From assembly GCF_000009045.1 (NCBI RefSeq), contig NC_000964.3, forward strand, positions 3,900,001 through 3,932,000: DNA of 32,000 nucleotides, given 5' to 3'. Shown in pieces: positions 7,844-18,261 of this stretch. Made by a program: the position numbers and the translations under genes. The notes under the pieces are model-generated. The model was not told the origin of the DNA, made no database searches, and saw only the letters and a list, made by a program, of their open reading frames with translations. Source of the DNA: Bacillus subtilis subsp. subtilis str. 168 (GTDB taxonomy: Bacteria > Bacillota > Bacilli > Bacillales > Bacillaceae). Position 1 is the first letter of the stretch. Each line of letters begins with the position of its first letter.

Positions 7844-10264
7844 TTGAAAAAGGGGATCATTCGCTTTCTGCTTGTAAGTTTCGTCTTATTTTTTGCGTTA
7901 TCCACAGGCATTACGGGCGTTCAGGCAGCTCCGGCTTCTTCAAAAACGTCGGCTGATCTGGAAAAAGCCGAGGTATTCGGTGATATCGATATGACGACAA
8001 GCAAAAAAACAACCGTTATAGTGGAATTAAAAGAAAAATCCTTGGCAGAAGCGAAGGAAGCGGGAGAAAGCCAATCGAAAAGCAAGCTGAAAACCGCTCG
8101 CACCAAAGCAAAAAACAAAGCAATCAAAGCAGTGAAAAACGGAAAAGTAAACCGGGAATATGAGCAGGTATTCTCAGGCTTCTCTATGAAGCTTCCAGCT
8201 AATGAGATTCCAAAACTTCTAGCGGTAAAAGACGTTAAGGCAGTGTACCCGAACGTCACATATAAAACAGACAATATGAAGGATAAAGACGTCACAATCT
8301 CCGAAGACGCCGTATCTCCGCAAATGGATGACAGTGCGCCTTATATCGGAGCAAACGATGCATGGGATTTAGGCTACACAGGAAAAGGCATCAAGGTGGC
8401 GATTATTGACACTGGGGTTGAATACAATCACCCAGATCTGAAGAAAAACTTTGGACAATATAAAGGATACGATTTTGTGGACAATGATTACGATCCAAAA
8501 GAAACACCAACCGGCGATCCGAGGGGCGAGGCAACTGACCATGGCACACACGTAGCCGGAACTGTGGCTGCAAACGGAACGATTAAAGGCGTAGCGCCTG
8601 ATGCCACACTTCTTGCTTATCGTGTGTTAGGGCCTGGCGGAAGCGGCACAACGGAAAACGTCATCGCGGGCGTGGAACGTGCAGTGCAGGACGGGGCAGA
8701 TGTGATGAACCTGTCTCTCGGAAACTCTTTAAACAACCCGGACTGGGCGACAAGCACAGCGCTTGACTGGGCCATGTCAGAAGGCGTTGTCGCTGTTACC
8801 TCAAACGGCAACAGCGGACCGAACGGCTGGACAGTCGGATCGCCGGGCACATCAAGAGAAGCGATTTCTGTCGGTGCGACTCAGCTGCCGCTCAATGAAT
8901 ACGCCGTCACTTTCGGCTCCTACTCTTCAGCAAAAGTGATGGGCTACAACAAAGAGGACGACGTCAAAGCGCTCAATAACAAAGAAGTTGAGCTTGTCGA
9001 AGCGGGAATCGGCGAAGCAAAGGATTTTGAAGGGAAAGACCTGACAGGCAAAGTCGCCGTTGTCAAACGAGGCAGCATTGCATTTGTGGATAAAGCGGAT
9101 AACGCTAAAAAAGCCGGTGCAATCGGCATGGTTGTGTATAACAACCTCTCTGGAGAAATTGAAGCCAATGTGCCAGGCATGTCTGTCCCAACGATTAAGC
9201 TTTCATTAGAAGACGGCGAAAAACTCGTCAGCGCCCTGAAAGCTGGTGAGACAAAAACAACATTCAAGTTGACGGTCTCAAAAGCGCTCGGTGAACAAGT
9301 CGCTGATTTCTCATCACGCGGCCCTGTTATGGATACGTGGATGATTAAGCCTGATATTTCCGCGCCAGGGGTCAATATCGTGAGCACGATCCCAACACAC
9401 GATCCTGACCATCCATACGGCTACGGATCAAAACAAGGAACAAGCATGGCATCGCCTCATATTGCCGGAGCGGTTGCCGTTATTAAACAAGCCAAACCAA
9501 AGTGGAGCGTTGAACAGATTAAAGCCGCCATCATGAATACCGCTGTCACTTTAAAGGATAGCGATGGGGAAGTATATCCGCATAACGCTCAAGGCGCAGG
9601 CAGCGCAAGAATTATGAACGCAATCAAAGCCGATTCGCTCGTCTCACCTGGAAGCTATTCATACGGCACGTTCTTGAAGGAAAACGGAAACGAAACAAAA
9701 AATGAAACGTTTACGATTGAAAATCAATCTTCCATTAGAAAGTCATACACACTTGAATACTCATTTAATGGCAGCGGCATTTCCACATCCGGCACAAGCC
9801 GTGTTGTGATTCCGGCACATCAAACCGGGAAAGCCACTGCAAAAGTAAAGGTCAATACGAAGAAAACAAAAGCTGGCACCTATGAAGGAACGGTTATCGT
9901 CAGAGAAGGCGGAAAAACGGTCGCTAAGGTACCTACATTGCTGATTGTGAAAGAGCCCGATTATCCGAGAGTCACATCTGTCTCTGTCAGCGAAGGGTCT
10001 GTACAAGGTACCTATCAAATTGAAACCTACCTTCCTGCGGGAGCGGAAGAGCTGGCGTTCCTCGTCTATGACAGCAACCTTGATTTCGCAGGCCAAGCCG
10101 GCATTTATAAAAACCAAGATAAAGGTTACCAGTACTTTGACTGGGACGGCACGATTAATGGCGGAACCAAACTTCCGGCCGGAGAGTATTACTTGCTCGC
10201 ATATGCCGCGAACAAAGGCAAGTCAAGCCAGGTTTTGACCGAAGAACCTTTCACTGTTGAATAA
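7844..10264 (+). CDS. vpr: Minor extracellular serine protease Vpr (subtilase S8 with I9 propeptide and PA-domain insertion), 806 aa
   Basis: TTG start after AAAGGGGGA. Signal peptide MKKGIIRFLLVSFVLFFALSTGITGVQA. Catalytic triad motifs VAIIDTGV, HGTHVAGT and GTSMASPH. PA-like insert VAVVKRGSIAFVDKADNAKKAGAIGMVVYN. Recognised as Vpr. Confidence 0.97.
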   Translation: MKKGIIRFLLVSFVLFFALSTGITGVQAAPASSKTSADLEKAEVFGDIDMTTSKKTTVIVELKEKSLAEAKEAGESQSKSKLKTARTKAKNKAIKAVKNGKVNREYEQVFSGFSMKLPANEIPKLLAVKDVKAVYPNVTYKTDNMKDKDVTISEDAVSPQMDDSAPYIGANDAWDLGYTGKGIKVAIIDTGVEYNHPDLKKNFGQYKGYDFVDNDYDPKETPTGDPRGEATDHGTHVAGTVAANGTIKGVAPDATLLAYRVLGPGGSGTTENVIAGVERAVQDGADVMNLSLGNSLNNPDWATSTALDWAMSEGVVAVTSNGNSGPNGWTVGSPGTSREAISVGATQLPLNEYAVTFGSYSSAKVMGYNKEDDVKALNNKEVELVEAGIGEAKDFEGKDLTGKVAVVKRGSIAFVDKADNAKKAGAIGMVVYNNLSGEIEANVPGMSVPTIKLSLEDGEKLVSALKAGETKTTFKLTVSKALGEQVADFSSRGPVMDTWMIKPDISAPGVNIVSTIPTHDPDHPYGYGSKQGTSMASPHIAGAVAVIKQAKPKWSVEQIKAAIMNTAVTLKDSDGEVYPHNAQGAGSARIMNAIKADSLVSPGSYSYGTFLKENGNETKNETFTIENQSSIRKSYTLEYSFNGSGISTSGTSRVVIPAHQTGKATAKVKVNTKKTKAGTYEGTVIVREGGKTVAKVPTLLIVKEPDYPRVTSVSVSEGSVQGTYQIETYLPAGAEELAFLVYDSNLDFAGQAGIYKNQDKGYQYFDWDGTINGGTKLPAGEYYLLAYAANKGKSSQVLTEEPFTVE

Positions 10265-10297
10265 GAAAAAGCCCTGCCGATTCGGCAGGGCTTTTTA
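10265..10297. terminator. Bidirectional intrinsic terminator shared by vpr (+) and ywcH (-)
   Basis: AGCCCTGCCGA (10270-10280) pairs with TCGGCAGGGCT (10282-10292). It is flanked by AAAAA on the left and TTTTT on the right. Confidence 0.85.
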
Positions 10298-10301
10298 AAG
10301 A

Positions 10302-11303
10302 TCAGTCAGCAAACGCCTCCTGCAATAAGCGATACGATCGGAGCTTATCTTCAAAATGATGCGTGATGGTCACCACCATGATTTCCTCTGTTTCATACGC
10401 GTTACTCAAAGCTAACAGCCGCTCCTTAACCTGTTCTTTCGTACCAACAATCATTCGATTTCGATTATCAGCAATTCGTCTCTGTTCATAAGGAGAATAC
10501 GTATTTTTCCGAACAGCTTCATACGAAGGAACTCCCTCTAAAGGAATACCCTGCTCTCCCGCCAAAAGTGTAAAATCAAGCACAGCCCCAAGCTCCTCTG
10601 CCTTCTCCTCCGTGTCAGCACAAAGAACAAAAACAGCAACTGCCGCTCGAGGCGTATCTCCTAACACAGACGGTTTGAATCGCCTCTTATACTGTCTGAC
10701 AGTACCCTCTCCGCCCTCTCCATTGATAAAATGGGCAAACATATAGCCAGCGCCAGATTCAGCTGCGAGCAGCGCGCTTTCTCCAGATGAGCCGAGCAGC
10801 CACACATCCGGAGCCGTTGAAATATGCGGCGCAGCGGTCAGATTCGGAAAACGGTGTTTGTCATCCGCCAAATCATGCAAATACATGGTCAGCTCCTTAA
10901 TTTGCTGCGGATACTGATCAGCATTGCGCTTACCACCGTCATTCAGCGCCCATGATGCAATCGGCATTCCCCCCGGTGCTCTGCCAAGCCCCAGGTCAAT
11001 TCTTCCTGGTGTCAGCCCCTCCAGAACACGAAAGTTTTCAGCTACTTTATAAGCACTGTAATGCGGCAGCATGACTCCTCCTGATCCAACACGAATTCGC
11101 TTTGTTTTCGCTGCTATATGACTGATTAGCACCTCAGGACTGGACCCTGCCAGCCGTTTTGAAAAGTGATGCTCAGAAACCCAAAATCTCTTATATCCAA
11201 GGTCCTCAGCAGCTTGGGCAAGCGCAACGGTTTGCTGTAAGGCCGTTTCTGCATTGCTGCCCTCTGATACTGGAGATTGATCTAATATACTTAATGAAAC
11301 CAT
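10302..11303 (-). CDS. ywcH: Luciferase-like (LLM-class) flavin-dependent monooxygenase, 333 aa
   Basis: The track start (GTG at 11312) lies inside the SD GAGGTG. The ATG at 11303 gives MVSLSILDQSPVSEG.... This is a TIM-barrel LLM family member, co-oriented with and downstream of nfrA. Confidence 0.9.
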   Translation of the reverse strand: MVSLSILDQSPVSEGSNAETALQQTVALAQAAEDLGYKRFWVSEHHFSKRLAGSSPEVLISHIAAKTKRIRVGSGGVMLPHYSAYKVAENFRVLEGLTPGRIDLGLGRAPGGMPIASWALNDGGKRNADQYPQQIKELTMYLHDLADDKHRFPNLTAAPHISTAPDVWLLGSSGESALLAAESGAGYMFAHFINGEGGEGTVRQYKRRFKPSVLGDTPRAAVAVFVLCADTEEKAEELGAVLDFTLLAGEQGIPLEGVPSYEAVRKNTYSPYEQRRIADNRNRMIVGTKEQVKERLLALSNAYETEEIMVVTITHHFEDKLRSYRLLQEAFAD

Positions 11304-11445
11304 CCCTACCACCTCATCCTCATCGTATCACTGATCCCCTATTTTTTCTCCAAAGCCGCTCACACTGCTTATCAGTGTCCCCTATCATTCGCCATTTATT
11401 TGTGAAAGCATGTCCCTATTTGTCGGAATATGTTACACGTGAAAC

Positions 11446-11471
11446 ATAAAAACCCCTCCAGACGGAGAGGT
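11446..11471 (-). terminator. Weak or partial intrinsic terminator between nfrA and ywcH
   Basis: Minus strand: CCTCTCC-gtct-GGAGGGG (7 bp including one G-U) followed by TTTTTAT. The modest stem suggests read-through into ywcH. Confidence 0.55.
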
Positions 11472-11476
11472 TTGCT

Positions 11477-12226
11477 TTAGTTTTTATTAAAGCCCTTTTC
11501 TTTCACGTAGTCATTTAAATACGTACGCGGCTTTTGCTTCATAAAGTTCAGTATTTGATCGGACCACGTTTCTTCCCGCTTCCCGTTTGTTCTTTCTCTA
11601 TAGTAATCAGAAATGGTTTTGTCATACGTATTCATAGTATGACGGAAATCGTCTGTGTTCACATTATACGTATTTTCATGATAAACGGCCTGCTTTGGCA
11701 ATCTCGGTTTTTTGCCGGAAAGGTTCGCAGGATGGCCTACTGCCAGTCCGAAAAGCGGGAGCACATGGTCAGGCGTTTGCAGCACCTCTGTCACCTTGTC
11801 CAATTCATTCCGAATGCCGCCGATATAGCAAATGCCAAGCCCCATGGATTCAGCGGCAATGCTCATATTTTGCGCTGCCAGCGCCGCATCAATCAAGCTA
11901 ACCATAAACATTTCTGTATTCTCGAGCAGCTCAGAAATATGTTCACCTTTTTCCTCAGCCAGTTGTTGATGGCGGTACAAATCCGCACAAAATACAAAAA
12001 AGTGTCCGTTCTTCTCAACGTAAGGCTGATTCCCAGCAAGCACGGACAGCTCACGTTTTTTCTCAGGATCAGAAACCCCGATAATCGAATATGCCTGCAC
12101 ATAGCTGGATGTAGACGCAGCCTGCGCACTTTTCACTAATGTATCAATTTCTTCAGCTGTCAAAAGCTGATCAGTAAAAGACCGGATTGACCGATGATTC
12201 AAAATGGTTTCGATTGTGTTATTCAT
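11477..12226 (-). CDS. nfrA: NADPH-dependent FMN oxidoreductase / nitroreductase, 249 aa
   Basis: The ATG at 12226 is preceded by AAGGAGG (plus 12235-12240) and gives MNNTIETILNHRSIRSFTDQ.... Nitroreductase fold; recognised as NfrA. The track start at 12256 is an upstream extension. Confidence 0.95.
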   Translation of the reverse strand: MNNTIETILNHRSIRSFTDQLLTAEEIDTLVKSAQAASTSSYVQAYSIIGVSDPEKKRELSVLAGNQPYVEKNGHFFVFCADLYRHQQLAEEKGEHISELLENTEMFMVSLIDAALAAQNMSIAAESMGLGICYIGGIRNELDKVTEVLQTPDHVLPLFGLAVGHPANLSGKKPRLPKQAVYHENTYNVNTDDFRHTMNTYDKTISDYYRERTNGKREETWSDQILNFMKQKPRTYLNDYVKEKGFNKN

Positions 12227-12294
12227 CACAAAAACCTCCTTATCACTTTTTATCATATCCGAAAAAAAGTGATCTCAAAAGTGAAATGCTCTGC

Positions 12295-12327
12295 ACAAAA
12301 AAAGACAGCCTCTGTAAAGGCTGTCTG
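12295..12327 (-). terminator. Intrinsic terminator of rodA
   Basis: Minus strand: AGACAGCCT-ttacag-AGGCTGTCT followed by TTTTTTT (plus-strand A-run 12297-12303). Confidence 0.85.
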
Positions 12328-12331
12328 CATA

Positions 12332-13513
12332 TCAAGAATTAAAAAGATAACTTCTGTATTTCGTCAGCTGCACACTTGCATTATATACAATCCCAAATCC
12401 GATTAACGTGGAAAGTGTCGAGCTTCCCCCATAGCTGACAAACAGCAGCGGAATCCCGGTAACAGGCATAATGCCAATGTTCATTCCGATATTCTGGAAT
12501 GTGTGGATCACAATTAACGCCGTATAGCCAACGCAAAAGAAAGAAGCGAAACGGTTAAACGGATGTATTTTGTCTATCAGAACAACAAGCCTGTAGATTA
12601 AAAAGAAGAACATGATGACAACAATTGCACAGCCTATAAAGCCAAATGACTCACCTATTATAGAAAAGATAAAGTCAGTCGTACTCTCTGGAACATAAAC
12701 CTTCAAATTAGAAATACCATTACCTAAAATACCACCAGATCCTATTGCCATGATGGCCTGGTCAACTTGCCAGCTGTCATTTGAATCTTCCTGTGTCTCA
12801 TTTGAAGCAGACACCCAAGAAGTGACCCGCTTAATTTGATAATCCTGTATTCCAACTGATTTAGCAACGTCAGGAAAGTTTATCATTACTAATAAAATTA
12901 ATGAAATGAGTAAGATACCTGAACCAGCTATGATCGCAATCAATTTCCAATTTATCCCTGACATAAAAACCATTACAAGAACGATAAACATACATATTCC
13001 CGCAGTCCCAGCATCCTGCATCAGGATAAGACCTACAGGAATAACTGCGACACCCGCAATCTTTAATAACAAGTGGATATCATCCCTAAGCGTCCGAACT
13101 CCTTTAGGATTTGCTTTTCCAATAACTGAAGCAAGCATCATAATCAAACCAACCTTCATAAACTCTGACGGCTGTATTGTTATTCTACCGATCCTAAACC
13201 AACTTTTTGCCCCTTTAATAACAGGTGCAATAGACTCGGGACTGATTTTAAGAATAATCAAAGATAAAATACCAATGATAAAAATATATAAACTTAACTT
13301 TTCAAGCTGTTCTAAATCAAAGTACAAAAGAACTGTAATGGCTACAGCCCCCAAAAGATAAAACACAATTTGCTGAATCCAATCCGTGTTCCCATACTGC
13401 CCAAACTGACCGGCAGCATATATTGATACTACGCTTATAATAAAAAACACACCAAATATAAAAATCAAATCCCCCTGGTAAAAGGGGCTTTGCTGTTTCT
13501 TATATCGACTCAT
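12332..13513 (-). CDS. rodA: SEDS-family peptidoglycan glycosyltransferase (elongasome), 393 aa
   Basis: FtsW/RodA/SpoVE-family polytopic protein (about 10 TM segments; ...[14 protein letters not shown]..., ...[15 protein letters not shown]...). Recognised as B. subtilis RodA (YwcF). Confidence 0.95.
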
Positions 13514-13649
13514 TCTATCCCGCCTTACATTTTCATCGGAAAATCACTAATGTTTATTATACATGAACCACGTTCAAGATGACACGTGAAGCTCGCTTCC
13601 TTTTATGTTTTTTCAGCATTTGCGGCGCTTTTTCAGCTACACGAAATAT

Positions 13650-13675
13650 GACGTATCATAAACCGAAATGTTTCG
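13650..13675 (-). promoter_or_regulatory. ECF-sigma-type promoter (sigmaM/X/W class) upstream of rodA
   Basis: Minus strand: CGAAAC (13675-13670), 16-nt spacer, CGTC (13653-13650). This fits the ECF pattern (T)GAAAC-N16-CGTC. It would give a leader of about 130 nt for rodA. Confidence 0.55.
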
Positions 13676-13899
13676 ATTGACACAAAACTTTTCAAATGAA
13701 AAAAACGCCATACCAATAGAATTTGTTAAAAAACGAATGCGATAATGTGTTATGTTCCCAAATAATGTGATACCTCATATAGAAATAGCTAAAAATTCAG
13801 AGCCCCATGCCCATACATTCTCCTAGCACATTAAACGAAAAAATAAGACGATAGATCCAGTCCATTTCTGCAAAAACACGTATCAATTTCTGGAAAACA

Positions 13900-13908
13900 T
13901 GGTATAAT
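13900..13908 (+). promoter_or_regulatory. Extended -10 element (TGgTATAAT), candidate ywcE promoter
   Basis: TG-g-TATAAT at 13900-13908. No good -35 hexamer. About 100 nt upstream of the ywcE ATG. Confidence 0.4.
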
Positions 13909-14008
13909 AATTGTAACAGAATGTTCAAAAAACAATCACAAAACAGACACAACTCAGTTCCTCTATTTCATTTTTGTAAACGTTATCACAAAATGAAAGG
14001 AGACGGGT

Positions 14009-14272
14009 ATGATGGACATGTTTTTTGCTTACTTATTGGTTGCCAGCGCAACGCCTCTCTTTATTTGGCTTGATAACAAAAAAGTCGCACTCTCAGCTAT
14101 TCCGCCAATCATTTTAATGTGGGTATTCTTCTTCTTTTACGCAACAGAAAGCCTTTCTCCACTTGGACACACTCTCATGATTATCTTGTTTGCCGTTAAC
14201 GTCATTGTCGCTCATATCGCCGCATTTATCATTTACGGCCTTCCGTATCTTCGCAGAAAGCGAAGCAGCTGA
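14009..14272 (+). CDS. ywcE: Small three-TM membrane protein (holin-like, spore morphogenesis), 87 aa
   Basis: ATG after AAAGGAG (13996-14002). Three hydrophobic segments and a basic tail (RRKRSS). Recognised as YwcE. Confidence 0.85.
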   Translation: MMDMFFAYLLVASATPLFIWLDNKKVALSAIPPIILMWVFFFFYATESLSPLGHTLMIILFAVNVIVAHIAAFIIYGLPYLRRKRSS

Positions 14273-14278
14273 AGACAG

Positions 14279-14312
14279 CAAAAAACCCTCTTCCACTGAA
14301 GAGGGTTTTTTG
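14279..14312. terminator. Bidirectional terminator shared by ywcE (+) and qoxD (-)
   Basis: AAAAACCCTCTTC (14281-14293) pairs with GAAGAGGGTTTTT (14298-14310), loop cact. Confidence 0.85.
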
Positions 14313-14314
14313 TA

Positions 14315-14689
14315 TTATTCGTTATGGCCTGAATGCTCTGAGTGTTCAGCGCCTCCAGGAGGATTTCCGTCCATATGGTCACCATGGTGATAGTGAGCCG
14401 CGAAAATCCAGATGGATCCAAGTACGATAACGATCGCGCCAAAGAATCCGAACAGCGTGTTTCCGACTTGGATCGTGCCGTTTTCGCTCTCTGTCATATG
14501 CATGAACATGAGAAGCTGCAGCGCCGCCTGAATGAAGGCGAAGCCGAAGATAATCCAAAGTTTTGCTGATGAGCTCAGGTCAGTATACACTGCAACCCAT
14601 AGAGCCAGCAGGGTCAAAACGATAGACAGGATAAAACCTACAATGTGTTTCCATGGAAAGTGACTGTGTTCAGCAGATTTGTTTGCCAT
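14315..14689 (-). CDS. qoxD: Quinol oxidase aa3-600 subunit IV, 124 aa
   Basis: The ATG at 14689 lies 1 nt after the qoxC stop and gives MANKSAEHSHFPWKHIVGFILS.... The track ORF's 20-codon extension overlaps qoxC. Confidence 0.93.
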   Translation of the reverse strand: MANKSAEHSHFPWKHIVGFILSIVLTLLALWVAVYTDLSSSAKLWIIFGFAFIQAALQLLMFMHMTESENGTIQVGNTLFGFFGAIVIVLGSIWIFAAHYHHGDHMDGNPPGGAEHSEHSGHNE

Positions 14690-14690
14690 T

Positions 14691-15305
14691 TTACAGACCC
14701 CCCAATCCCATGAGATAGACACCTGTAAAGATGAAAATCCATACAACATCTAAGAAGTGCCAGTACAAGCTTGAGATAAAGATTTTAGATGAAGTTTGCG
14801 GAGTTAAGCCGCGTTTCTTCAACTGAATCAGAATTCCTGTGATCCAGAAAATCCCGATTGTTACGTGAGTTCCGTGAGTTCCAAGTAAAACAAAGAATCC
14901 AGACCAGAACGCACTTGTACTGAGAGCCGCTCCTTCATGTACATAGTGAACAAACTCGTTGATCTCGCATCCGACGAAGCCGGCACCGAGAAGAAGAGTG
15001 ATAATTGTCCAAATGACTACGCCTTTTAAACTTCCGCGGCGCATTTCATGAACAGCGATCCCGCAGGTAAAGCTGCTGATCAGCAGCAAGAACGTCATAA
15101 TCATTACCAGATTGACTTCAAATAGTTCGTCTGGCAAGACACCTCCAGCTGTTCTGTTTTTAAGAACGAAGAAGGTTGCAAATAGTGTTGAGAACAACAC
15201 AATTTCTGCCCCTAAAAAGATCCAAAACCCGAGAATATTAAGTCTGCCGGTTTCAGATTGATATTCCATAGGCGCGTTAGAATTGCCGTGTTCTGCATGT
15301 TCCAT
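14691..15305 (-). CDS. qoxC: Quinol oxidase aa3-600 subunit III, 204 aa
   Basis: Heme-copper oxidase subunit III family; recognised as QoxC. Confidence 0.95.
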   Translation of the reverse strand: MEHAEHGNSNAPMEYQSETGRLNILGFWIFLGAEIVLFSTLFATFFVLKNRTAGGVLPDELFEVNLVMIMTFLLLISSFTCGIAVHEMRRGSLKGVVIWTIITLLLGAGFVGCEINEFVHYVHEGAALSTSAFWSGFFVLLGTHGTHVTIGIFWITGILIQLKKRGLTPQTSSKIFISSLYWHFLDVVWIFIFTGVYLMGLGGL

Positions 15306-15318
15306 AACTCACGCCTCC

Positions 15319-17268
15319 TTATTCGGAAATCTTTCTTTCCGTCTCTTTTATTTCATCAACACTAATGTAGTAGCCGTTGTCGTATTCGAATGAACGCAGA
15401 ACCATGCAGAGCAGGACTCCGATCAATCCGACTACGCCCATCCAGTACCATTCAAAGACAAGTCCAAAGCCTGCGAGACCGAAGGCAACAGACATAAAGA
15501 ACGGTCTGCCTGAGTTGCTTGGCATATGGATTTTCTTGAATTTGCTTTCAGGGTATAATTCAGTTTTTTCTTCTTTCATATGCAGGAATGCATCTTGAGA
15601 TTTGACTTCAGGAAGCACCGCAAAGTTGTAATGCGGCGGAATCGCAGAAGAAGTCGCCCAATCAAGCGTACGTCCCACACCCCATGAATCTCCGCTGATT
15701 TCACGAGTAGAGTAACGGAAGCTGTAGTAGATGTTATAGCAAAGGATTAAGAATCCTACACCCATCATGAAAGCTCCGACTGTTGAGATAAAGTTCAATG
15801 TTGTCCAGCCGTCATTCGGTCCGTATGTGTAAATACGGCGCGGCATGCCTTGAAGCCCCAAGAAATATTGCGGGAAGAAACAAATATTGAACCCGATCAT
15901 AAAGATCCAGAAGAACCATTTTCCGATTCTTTCGTTCAGCTTGTGGCCGAACATTTTTGGATACCAGAAAATAAATCCGGCGAAACAAGCAAATACAGTA
16001 CCCGCAATCAGCACATAGTGGAAGTGAGATACAAGGAAGTACGTATTATGGTATTGATAATCCGCTGCTGCCATCGCAAGCATAACCCCTGTAACCCCGC
16101 CGATAACGAAGTTAGGAATGAACGCAAGCGCCCACAGCATAGGTGTTGTAAAGCTGATTCGGCCTTTATACATTGTAAAGAGCCAGTTAAAGATTTTAAC
16201 CCCGGTTGGGATTGAGATTGCCATTGTCGTAATTGAGAAGAATGAGTTAACGGACGCACTGTTCCCCATTGTGAAGAAGTGGTGAGTCCAAACTAAGAAA
16301 CTCAATACAGAGATGGCGATAATAGAACCAACCATCGCTTTGTAACCAAACAATTGTTTTCTTGCAAAGCTTGAGATGATTTCTGAGAAAATACCAAACG
16401 CCGGAAGAATAACGATATATACTTCAGGATGTCCCCAAATCCAGAACAAGTTAGCCCAAAGCATCGGCATACCGCCTGCTTCCAATGTGAAAAAGTGAGC
16501 GCCGAACAAACGATCAAATGATAAAAGTGCTAATGCTACTGTAAGTACAGGGAACGCAAACACGATAATAACCATTGTGATCAGTGTTGTCCATGTGAAC
16601 ATCGGCATACGCATTAATGTCATGCCTTTTGTTCTCATTTTTAAGATTGTTACCATAAAGTTGATCCCTGTCATCAGGGTACCGATACCGGCAATCTGAA
16701 GTCCGAGGAGGTAGTAGTTCTCACCCGGCCCAGGGCTCATGTCGTTACTTGCAAGCGGCATATAACTCGTCCAGCCTGCGTTCGGAGAACCTCCGATAAC
16801 GAAAGAAATATTGAAAAGCATCGCCCCTACAAAGAACGTCCAGAAGCTCAGGTTGTTCAAGTAAGGGAACGCAACGTCGCGGGCACCGATTTGAAGAGGC
16901 ACAACAACGTTGATAAGACCGATTAAGAACGGCATCGCCATGAAGATGATCATGATTGTACCGTGAGTTGTAAAAATTTCATTATAGTGGTTTGAGTCTA
17001 AAAAACTGTTATTCGGAAGCGCTAGCTGGGCACGCATCATCAGACCGTCGACACCGCCACGGAATAACATAATTACAGCAGATATAATATACATGATTCC
17101 GAGTTTTTTATGGTCAACAGTAGTTATCCATTCAGACCACAGCCATTTCCACTTTTTGAAGTAAGTCAGAACAAAAATAATGGCAATGGTTGAAAGCGCA
17201 ATGGAAACTTGTGCGCCCAGAATTAATGGGTCACCAGTTACGAAAAATTCGTCCCATTTGAATTTCAT
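15319..17268 (-). CDS. qoxB: Quinol oxidase aa3-600 subunit I (heme-copper oxidase catalytic subunit), 649 aa
   Basis: Canonical subunit I motifs are present (WFFGHPEVY-like [14 protein letters not shown]; HHFFTMG; HFHYVL). Recognised as QoxB. Confidence 0.97.
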
Positions 17269-17295
17269 GCAGGCTTCCTCCTTTCCTGATCAATA

Positions 17296-18261
17296 TCATT
17301 CTTCTGTATCATCAGACTTCTTAAATTCGTTTTTCTTTACGTTTTCAAACGGATCTGTTTTAGAATGCGGTGAAACGGCTTGATAGCCAAGGCGTTTGCG
17401 CGCCTCCATCGCGTACTCAGCGTCTTGTCCGTGATCAACGTATTTCAAGTGAGTAGAAGAGAACGTTAATTCGTCCACATTTTCAGGAAGCATCAATTCA
17501 TCATACTTCTCTTTTGTCAGCTTAGGAGCCTCGTTCTGAGTCTTTTTCACCCAGCTGTTAAAGTCTTTTTCTGTGACTGCATTCACATCAAACTCTTGGT
17601 CTGCAAAATGTTCACCTGTGAAGTTCGCGTTGCGGCCTTCGTAAGTACCCACTTTGTCAGCCTGTAAGTATTGATCCATCAGCATTCCTGCCATCGCATA
17701 TTTTTGCCCTCCAAGCTGAGGAATCCATAGCGAAGCCATTGAATCTGCAGATGAGATTTTGAACAAGATCGGGCGGTCGACAGGAATGTTTAAGTAGTTG
17801 ACCGTTTCAATATCCTGTTCAGGGTAGCTAAATACCCATTTCCAGTCTACCGAAGTAGCATAAACAACAAGAGGCTCTTTGTCTTTTGTTGCTTCAGGAG
17901 CTTTTTCTAACGAATATATCGTCTGTACTGTTGGCACAGAAAGTGCAATGACGATTAAAATTGGGATCACTGTCCAGACTACTTCTAAAAACGTGTTACC
18001 GTGAATTTCTGGGTTATAAGATCCATTATCTTTGCCTTTACGGTCGCGGTATTTTACTAAAATAATGGTAAATAGAACAAAGACGACCCCGACGATAAAC
18101 AGCATAAATCCGATAGATAACAGGATTAAATCACTTTGCTGTTCAGCTACAGGTCCTTTCGGATCTAGTACTGAAGCATTGCTGCATCCCCCAAGGACGA
18201 AAACCACAGTTAACAGCGCTAATACAAGCAACGGTTTTAATGCTCTGAACAAGAAGATCAC
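17296..18261 (-). CDS. qoxA: Quinol oxidase aa3-600 subunit II, lipoprotein precursor, about 321 aa
   Basis: Lipobox VLGGC follows an N-terminal signal sequence, then a subunit II fold lacking the CuA ligands. The start is ambiguous: ATG 18264, GTG 18261 and TTG 18252 are all embedded in the SD-like run AAGGATGGTGATC. I use GTG 18261, which matches the remembered 321-aa form (MIFLFRALK...). The track start at 18297 has no SD. Confidence 0.9.
   Translation of the reverse strand: MIFLFRALKPLLVLALLTVVFVLGGCSNASVLDPKGPVAEQQSDLILLSIGFMLFIVGVVFVLFTIILVKYRDRKGKDNGSYNPEIHGNTFLEVVWTVIPILIVIALSVPTVQTIYSLEKAPEATKDKEPLVVYATSVDWKWVFSYPEQDIETVNYLNIPVDRPILFKISSADSMASLWIPQLGGQKYAMAGMLMDQYLQADKVGTYEGRNANFTGEHFADQEFDVNAVTEKDFNSWVKKTQNEAPKLTKEKYDELMLPENVDELTFSSTHLKYVDHGQDAEYAMEARKRLGYQAVSPHSKTDPFENVKKNEFKKSDDTEE

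Noticed and set aside
11534-12139. 201-aa plus-strand ORF antisense to nfrA
   Set aside because: Shadow ORF inside nfrA. It has no SD and no recognisable domain, while nfrA on the opposite strand is unambiguous.
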